From NCBI GenBank assembly GCA_900766575.1, contig CAAFVW010000116.1:4438-68437 (forward strand): 64,000 nucleotides of DNA, in the 5' to 3' direction. This document shows positions 57,993-64,000 of this stretch, piece by piece. Source of the stretch: Lachnospiraceae bacterium. GTDB taxonomy: Bacteria > Bacillota > Clostridia > Lachnospirales > Lachnospiraceae. Both the position numbers and the translations under genes were made by a program. The notes under the pieces were generated by a model. That model was not told the origin of the DNA. It did not search any database and was given only the letters and a program-made list of their open reading frames with translations. Within the stretch, counting starts at the first letter, position 1; the number at the start of each line of letters is the position of its first letter.

Positions 57993-59858
57993 ATGGGATA
58001 TCTTGATAACTACTTAAATCGAATCGTTTCTCGTGGAAACGAGCAACTTGCCGCCTCTGTAAAAAAGACGGCATCTGATATAGCTTCAAAATATTTAGAA
58101 AACTTTTCATTCTGTGATAATGAAGTAGGACTTCTATTTGGTAATGTACAATCTGGTAAAACGGGACAAATGTTTGGTGTTATTTCTGCCGCCGCTGATT
58201 TGGGCTTCCCAGTGTTCTTCTTACTTACTACAGACAATGTGGTCTTGCAACAGCAAACGCTTACTCGTGTACAGAATGATCTGCCGGACTTCTGCATATG
58301 CGGAGAATATGATACGGAAATTTTCACAGAAAACAGTCTGATGCTTCCAACCATTGTTGTGCTAAAAAAGAATTTCCGTGTTCTCCAACAATGGTCGAAC
58401 ATTGTTGCGTCAACTGGTTTTATGCGAGGAAACCCATTGTTTATTCTGGATGATGAGGCGGACGCAGCATCTCTCAATACTTTAGTAAATAAAAACCGCC
58501 AGTCTTCTATCAACAAATACTTGGACGAGATTAAAGATCGATCTTCTTGCTCTATCTATCTGCAGGTGACAGGTACTCCGCAGGCATTATTCCTTCAATC
58601 GATTTCGTCCGGCTGGCATCCGAATTTTTCATACTACTTTGCACCTGGAAAAGGATACTTAGGCGGAGATTTCTTTTTTCCGAAAAGTGGAAAGGCAGAC
58701 TGCATAACATACATTGATGAATTAGAAAATCCCTTAGCCGTTGCTATTCTGCATCATTTGATTGTATCTGCTGAAACCAAGCTATCTGGTGGAAAAGTAT
58801 GTAACATGATGATTCACCCTTCTGTGCGGAAAGCAGCACATAAGTCTTATGAAACTAAGGCAAAAAATATCCTATCAGCGTTCAAACATGATGTTGCTAA
58901 TGGCGGATACCGTCAAGAAATTTCAAAGGCTTATGGGGAAGTGGAAAATCAGGGAGCGACCCTTCATTCGATAGATCAAATTTACTCCGTTTGCGAAGAA
59001 CTATTGGATTCCATTTCGGTTCTTGTTATGAACGGAAGCACCGATGTGTCTGCCGATCAATATGATGAGGGTAGCAACATTGTTATTGGTGGTAATACAC
59101 TGGGACGTGGCGTAACTTTCCCGCGCCTACAGACAATCTATTACTCCCGTACCGCAAAGAAACCGCAAGCTGATACCATGTGGCAGCATAGTCGTATGTT
59201 CGGATATGATAGATCGCCTGAATTGATGCGGGTCTATATTGAAGAACGCCTGTTAAAGCTGTTTGCAGATATAAATTCCACCAATAATTCAATCATTTCA
59301 CAAGTGGCAAACGCCCCAGATGGCAACGTGGAACACATCAAAGTATATCTTCCGGATGGGCTTGCTCCTACACGGAAAAATGTACTTGACACAAACAAAC
59401 TCTTGCTAATTTCTGGTGGCACAAATTACTATCCGTTCTATCCTGAAAACGACTCTATTGAAGCTCTGGATAGACTTCTTCAGCGGTTTTCTGAATCTGA
59501 ACCGTATTATCAGGTCAGCTTAAAAATGATGTTGGAAGTATTCTCCCATATTACATCTGCTGGAAATGACTTTGTTGTTAATAACTATGTTTCTGCAATT
59601 ACTTCGATAATCAGAGAAACACCAACAGCACAAGGCATTTTAATTGTTAGACGGAATCGTGATGTAGCACAAGGAACTGGCGCATTGCTGTCTCCGAATG
59701 ATTGGGAGCTGGGCGGCTCTTTCCAGGAGAAAGTAGTTTTGACTTGTTATAAAGTTACTGGTCGTAAAGGCTGGGGTGGTAAGGAGCTTTGGGTTCCTAA
59801 CATCAAATTCCCAGCAGGGATGGTTTACTACGATGTCGTGGACGAGGACGTCGAATAA
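57993..59858 (+). CDS. Helicase-like ATPase with Z1 domain (H.CglI/N.NgoAVII-like)
   Basis: GNVQSGKT, DDEADAAS, TGTPQ, GGNTLGRGVTF and DTMWQHSRMFGY. Confidence 0.88.
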   Translation: MGYLDNYLNRIVSRGNEQLAASVKKTASDIASKYLENFSFCDNEVGLLFGNVQSGKTGQMFGVISAAADLGFPVFFLLTTDNVVLQQQTLTRVQNDLPDFCICGEYDTEIFTENSLMLPTIVVLKKNFRVLQQWSNIVASTGFMRGNPLFILDDEADAASLNTLVNKNRQSSINKYLDEIKDRSSCSIYLQVTGTPQALFLQSISSGWHPNFSYYFAPGKGYLGGDFFFPKSGKADCITYIDELENPLAVAILHHLIVSAETKLSGGKVCNMMIHPSVRKAAHKSYETKAKNILSAFKHDVANGGYRQEISKAYGEVENQGATLHSIDQIYSVCEELLDSISVLVMNGSTDVSADQYDEGSNIVIGGNTLGRGVTFPRLQTIYYSRTAKKPQADTMWQHSRMFGYDRSPELMRVYIEERLLKLFADINSTNNSIISQVANAPDGNVEHIKVYLPDGLAPTRKNVLDTNKLLLISGGTNYYPFYPENDSIEALDRLLQRFSESEPYYQVSLKMMLEVFSHITSAGNDFVVNNYVSAITSIIRETPTAQGILIVRRNRDVAQGTGALLSPNDWELGGSFQEKVVLTCYKVTGRKGWGGKELWVPNIKFPAGMVYYDVVDEDVE

Positions 59859-59871
59859 TTCTAATAAAGAT

Positions 59872-59908
59872 AAAGGACTCTAAGGTCAAACCTTAGGGTC
59901 CTCTTTGC
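59872..59908. terminator. Bidirectional terminator
   Basis: AGGACTCTAAGGT-CAA-ACCTTAGGGTCCT hairpin. Confidence 0.75.
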
Positions 59909-59909
59909 T

Positions 59910-60098
59910 TTACCGCTCCGTCGGTGAAAGAGTGATGGTCAACACCTGATGTTCAACTTTTACGCTGATAGGTTGACCTATATCAAATCCTGCTTCTTCC
60001 AGCCACTTCCCCTTAAGCATAATAGCTGGGATATCCTGGTACTTATATCCTGATTGTCCGTAGACCTTTAATTCTCTTATTTTTCTATTTGCCTTCAT
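59910..60098 (-). CDS. SymE-like type I toxin
   Basis: PAIMLKGKWLEEAGFDIGQPISVKVE. Confidence 0.8.
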   Translation of the reverse strand: MKANRKIRELKVYGQSGYKYQDIPAIMLKGKWLEEAGFDIGQPISVKVEHQVLTITLSPTER

Positions 60099-60392
60099 GT
60101 AACTCCTTCCGTGAAATTGTTCTTTTGCCAAATTCTATGGCATTTCGTCAAAAAGTTATAAGTTTTGCTAAACGGTTTTACATCTACATGAACCGCTTTC
60201 TACATATTGACTCGTATTTTTACCCCACCACTACATATAGCTATCGAAGCATCTCGCAGAAACACACCAAGCAGTATGTATCACAAAGCCGTTATGGGTA
60301 AAATAAATGCCGAAAAAGCCCGTAAATACGGCATTTTTCAGCAAGTAACAGGTATTCAAAAGGTGGTGCAAAGCGTTTCACACGGGAATAAG

Positions 60393-60398
60393 ACACCC
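60393..60398. repeat. prophage att core ACACCC (right junction)
   Basis: Matches 3312-3317; comM homology ends here. Confidence 0.85.
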
Positions 60399-61315
60399 CG
60401 ATGTGCCAGCGACACCATTCCGGGGCGCGGAATACCACTTCCCCCTCCGATCAATGCCGCCTGTGTCACCGTATGGTGTGGGGCGTAAAAAGGTCTTCGC
60501 GTGACCAGAGCCTGTCCGGGCGGCAGAAGTCCCGCCACGCTGAAGATGCCCGTTACCTCCAGGCTTTCCTCCAATGTCAGGGGCGGCAGGATACCGGGGA
60601 TACGTCCGGCGATCATCGACTTTCCCACTCCCGGCGGTCCTATCATCAACAGGTTATGAAACCCTGCTGCCGCGATCACAGCCCCACGCTTGGCCGTTTC
60701 CTGCCCTGCTACCTCCCGGAAATCTCCCATCTCATTTCCACTTCCCTCACGCAGCAGCTCCTCTGCCCGGATTCTTGGCTTATACACCTTTTCATTCTCC
60801 GCTTCCGGATGGACCAGGGCCAATAACAAATCCTGCAGATTGTTCACACCCCAGACCGTAATCCCCGGAATCACCGCTGCTTCCAGAGCATTTTCCAAAG
60901 GCACTACCACTCTCCGGATTCCGCATTTTGCTGCCTCCTGCACCACAGGAAGCACGCCTTTTACTTTTTTAAGTTCTCCGTTTAATCCCAGTTCTCCCAA
61001 AAACAGGGTATCCTGTAATACCTCTTCGGGCACAAGCTCCATATCCCGCAATAGTCCCACGGCTATGGGCAGATCAAAGGCTGTGCCGTCCTTGCGGCGG
61101 TCTGCCGGAGCCAGATTTACTGTAATATGTGCAGGCGGGATCTGGAACCCGGAATTTTTCATGGCTACGCACACTCTCTCCCGGGATTCCTTCACCTCTC
61201 CGCCCAGAGATCCCACCATCTGAAATGTTGGCAATCCCCCTGCCAGGTCCACTTCCACACGGACCAGATACGCCTGCAGGCCATAGACTGCAGCCGAATA
61301 AACTGTAGTAAACAT
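60393..61315 (-). pseudogene. comM: comM/YifB 5' fragment (ORF reads on into phage DNA to stop at 60356)
   Basis: ITVNLAPA, FDLPIA, GELGLNG, GPPGVGKS, RPFYAPHH and SLAHRGV. Confidence 0.95.
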
Positions 61316-61520
61316 AAAATACCTCCTTTAGAATGTTTCATGAATGGTAATTGTTATTGCATGTAATGTTTCAAAGGGAAATTATACGAAATAAAATATT
61401 TTCAGAATTTTTATCAGAAATTATAACTGGAACTGTTTTTACTAAAACATTGATTATGGAGGCTTACAGACAGCCCGTAAGCCCCCTTTTTCTTAACAGA
61501 AATTATGATCAAAATTGATA

Positions 61521-62573
61521 TCAGATCTTATTTTCCATGCTGTCGGGATCCTGTGCAAACTGGATCGCATGTTCTCTGTCGATCTTTCCTTCAAAGTATA
61601 ACTGTACGATTGCCTCATCCATGGTAATCATCCCCAGTTTACGGTTGGTCTGCATAACGCTGGCCAGCTGGTGGGATTTGCCCTCACGGATCAGATTGCG
61701 GACTGCATGGTTGGCATGCATGACCTCAAAAGCTGCCACACGATGCCTGCCATCCGCTGTGGGAATCAGCTGCTGGGAAATAACTGCCTCCAGGGTATTG
61801 GACAGCTGAACACGGATCTGCTGCTGTTGGTGCGGCGGGAAGACGTCAATCACACGGTCTACCGTACTGGCCGCGCCAATCGTATGCAACGTGGACAATA
61901 CCAGATGTCCGGTCTCCGCTGCCGTGATAGCTACGCTGATTGTCTCGAAATCACGCATCTCACCTACCAGAATAACATCCGGGTCTTCACGGAGCGCTGC
62001 TCGCAAAGCATTGGCATAATTATTGGAATCAATGCCGATCTCTCTCTGATTGACCATGGACATTTTATGCTGATGCAGATATTCGATAGGGTCCTCCAGT
62101 GTAATAACATGAGCATCCCTGTTGTTGTTGATCTTATCAATGATAGCGGCAAGTGTGGTGGATTTACCGCTTCCGGTAGGTCCGGTGACCAATACCAGAC
62201 CACGCTTGCGCTGATACAGATCGATTACGGATTCCGGTACTCCCAGTTCCTCTGGGGACGGCACCACAGTTCCCACCAGTCGGAAAGCCAGAGCTACCGA
62301 GCCTCTCTGCTTATAGGCATTGACACGGTAACGACCACAGTTTGGGATAGAAAAAGACATATCGTATTCTCCCCGCTCCTCAAACCGTTCTCTCTGTACT
62401 TCCGTCATAATATTCACCAGAACTTCCAGCGTATCCGCCGGAAGCATCTTCGGATAATCCATGGTGATCAGATTACCGTTTACACGCATTTTCGGCGGAA
62501 TACCTACCGTCAGATGTACATCACTGGCCCCCGCTTCCTTGGCAGCTCTGAGTATTTCTTCGATTGTTGGCAT
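61521..62573 (-). CDS. pilT: Type IV pilus retraction ATPase PilT
   Basis: GPTGSGKST, TLEDPIE, LREDPDVILVGEMRD, TGHLVLSTLH and AVRNLIRE. Confidence 0.95.
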   Translation of the reverse strand: MPTIEEILRAAKEAGASDVHLTVGIPPKMRVNGNLITMDYPKMLPADTLEVLVNIMTEVQRERFEERGEYDMSFSIPNCGRYRVNAYKQRGSVALAFRLVGTVVPSPEELGVPESVIDLYQRKRGLVLVTGPTGSGKSTTLAAIIDKINNNRDAHVITLEDPIEYLHQHKMSMVNQREIGIDSNNYANALRAALREDPDVILVGEMRDFETISVAITAAETGHLVLSTLHTIGAASTVDRVIDVFPPHQQQQIRVQLSNTLEAVISQQLIPTADGRHRVAAFEVMHANHAVRNLIREGKSHQLASVMQTNRKLGMITMDEAIVQLYFEGKIDREHAIQFAQDPDSMENKI

Positions 62574-62585
62574 AATTGTTCCTCA

Positions 62586-63659
62586 CTATTTTTTGAATAT
62601 GTACCGGTTATCCATGGTCTTCATAATATCCACGATCTGAATGTCCTCATTTTCCCTGAGAGATAAATCGAGTATACTGTTATCACGGAAACTTACTACT
62701 GTAGGCCGCAGCACATTTTCTTCGTTTTCATTCAATACCAGTGCCTTTTCCCCCGTGCTGAGTTCCACGCTGGCTCCGGGAGGCAGAATATTGATGGAAC
62801 GGATCAGCGCCCGCACCGTCACTGGATCATATACCTCGGGATGCTCCAGGAATTCCTGAAGAGCCTTCACCTCAGACTGTGCTGTTCCCTGCAGTGTCAT
62901 GGCTGTAATCTCATCGTACCGGTTCGCCACCAGAAGCACATTGGCTCCCTCCAGCATCTTATATTTGCTCTTCTCTCCATCCTCCGGGAAAAGATCCAGC
63001 TGTTTTCTGGCTGCCTGCTGACAGATTCTGCGGATTCCTGGGCCCTCGGTGGCAAAGGCCTCCTCAATCATCCCGTAAGCCTCCTCCTGCGTCTCGCAGT
63101 TTCGCAGCATATCTTCTCTGGAATACGGAGCTCCGTAATACACCTCATCCTGTTTTTTTAATTTTCCCATATCGTGAAGAATCGCCGCACATACGGTATG
63201 ATACTGTTCTTCCCGTCGTATATTCATCATATGGGTGATCATGGCACAGAGTATTGCCACATTTAAGGAATGCCTGGAGACATAGTCCTCCAGACTTCTC
63301 AGATTCTGGTAGAAATTGATCTTCTCATCCAGGTGTGCGTAATTGCGAATGACCATATCTGCGATTGCCTGTGTCCGGCTCTGCTTCCTGGTCTTCAGAA
63401 TGCGGTCCAGTTCTTCTTCGATTGCGCTGACCGCCTGAATCTGGAACCGCTCAAACTCCAGATCCTCCTGCGTCAGGGGAGGGAGAGGTTCTGCCGGTTC
63501 CAGCACATAGACACCAATCAAACCGAAATTGCGTATGCTTTCTATCGCCTGTACTGACAAAAGGGAATTTCTGTCAAACAAGAGAATACTCTTCTTATTA
63601 TAAACGGGTCTTGCCAGGCGCATTCCTGTCTTCAAGTCTTCCGTTCTTACAAACTGCAT
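62586..63659 (-). CDS. HD-domain (HD-GYP-like) protein
   Basis: LKTGMRLARP, HSLNVA, ILHDMGK and VELSTGE. Confidence 0.75.
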   Translation of the reverse strand: MQFVRTEDLKTGMRLARPVYNKKSILLFDRNSLLSVQAIESIRNFGLIGVYVLEPAEPLPPLTQEDLEFERFQIQAVSAIEEELDRILKTRKQSRTQAIADMVIRNYAHLDEKINFYQNLRSLEDYVSRHSLNVAILCAMITHMMNIRREEQYHTVCAAILHDMGKLKKQDEVYYGAPYSREDMLRNCETQEEAYGMIEEAFATEGPGIRRICQQAARKQLDLFPEDGEKSKYKMLEGANVLLVANRYDEITAMTLQGTAQSEVKALQEFLEHPEVYDPVTVRALIRSINILPPGASVELSTGEKALVLNENEENVLRPTVVSFRDNSILDLSLRENEDIQIVDIMKTMDNRYIFKK

Positions 63660-63734
63660 CCCTTTTCCCCCCTTATCTTTCGTCACTTATAAAAATAAAT
63701 ATATCACAGTGTTTCTTAATTGACAAGGTGATGT

Positions 63735-64000
63735 TTAATCCTCCCGAAGCTCTTCCGCCAGCTTATGAAGCGCTCTTTTTTCCATACGGGAAACATAGCT
63801 TCTGGAGATTCCCAGCATTTCTCCGACCTCCTGCTGTGTATGTTCTTTGTACCCCAGAATTCCATAACGCATCACCAGAATCCGGTATTCCCTCTGTGTC
63901 AGACACTTTTCCAGTGCTGCGAACAGACGCCTGATATTTCTCCCCAGTTCCAGTTCCTCCACAACATCTTTTTGTTTCTCTTCGATCACATCCAACAGGT
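63735..64000 (-). CDS. sigK: Sporulation sigma factor, C-terminal part (SigK-like)
   Basis: MRYG...TQQEVGEMLGISRSYVSRMEKRAL. Confidence 0.7.
   Translation of the reverse strand, partial: LLDVIEEKQKDVVEELELGRNIRRLFAALEKCLTQREYRILVMRYGILGYKEHTQQEVGEMLGISRSYVSRMEKRALHKLAEELRED

Larger units (their letters stand above)
3318..60398. mobile_element. Temperate siphovirus-like prophage (~57.1 kb) integrated in comM
   Basis: Complete head, tail, lysis, replication and serine-integrase modules between two in-frame halves of comM. Confidence 0.95.

Noticed and set aside
63735..64000. skin-like interruption of sigK
   Set aside because: The visible part is open to the window edge; the prophage interrupts comM, not this gene
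1..64000. tRNA or rRNA genes
   Set aside because: None recognised by eye; not confirmed by a covariance-model search

Overview
A 64-kb window from a spore-forming Clostridia/Lachnospiraceae-like chromosome. Host genes lie at both ends: polC (partial), ispG, dprA on the left; pilT, an HD-domain gene and partial sigK on the right. An apparently complete ~57.1-kb siphovirus-type prophage (3318-60398) is inserted into comM exactly at the Walker B motif, with a 6-bp ACACCC core duplicated at 3312-3317 and 60393-60398. The prophage carries three large serine recombinases and lysis, tail, HK97-type head and terminase modules. It also has an amidoligase/GGCT cassette array driven by a repeated 38-bp promoter-like element, a MetK plus two DNA methyltransferases, and a PolA/primase/SNF2 replication module. 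Regulation appears to rest on two XRE-ImmA/IrrE pairs with distinct operator arrays, with no classical S24 CI seen, and one pair is coupled to a Y-family polymerase. The right arm holds a putative nuclease-SLOG operon, a CglI/NgoAVII-type restriction-modification system and a SymE-like gene. All family calls come from motif recognition by eye; no database search was run.
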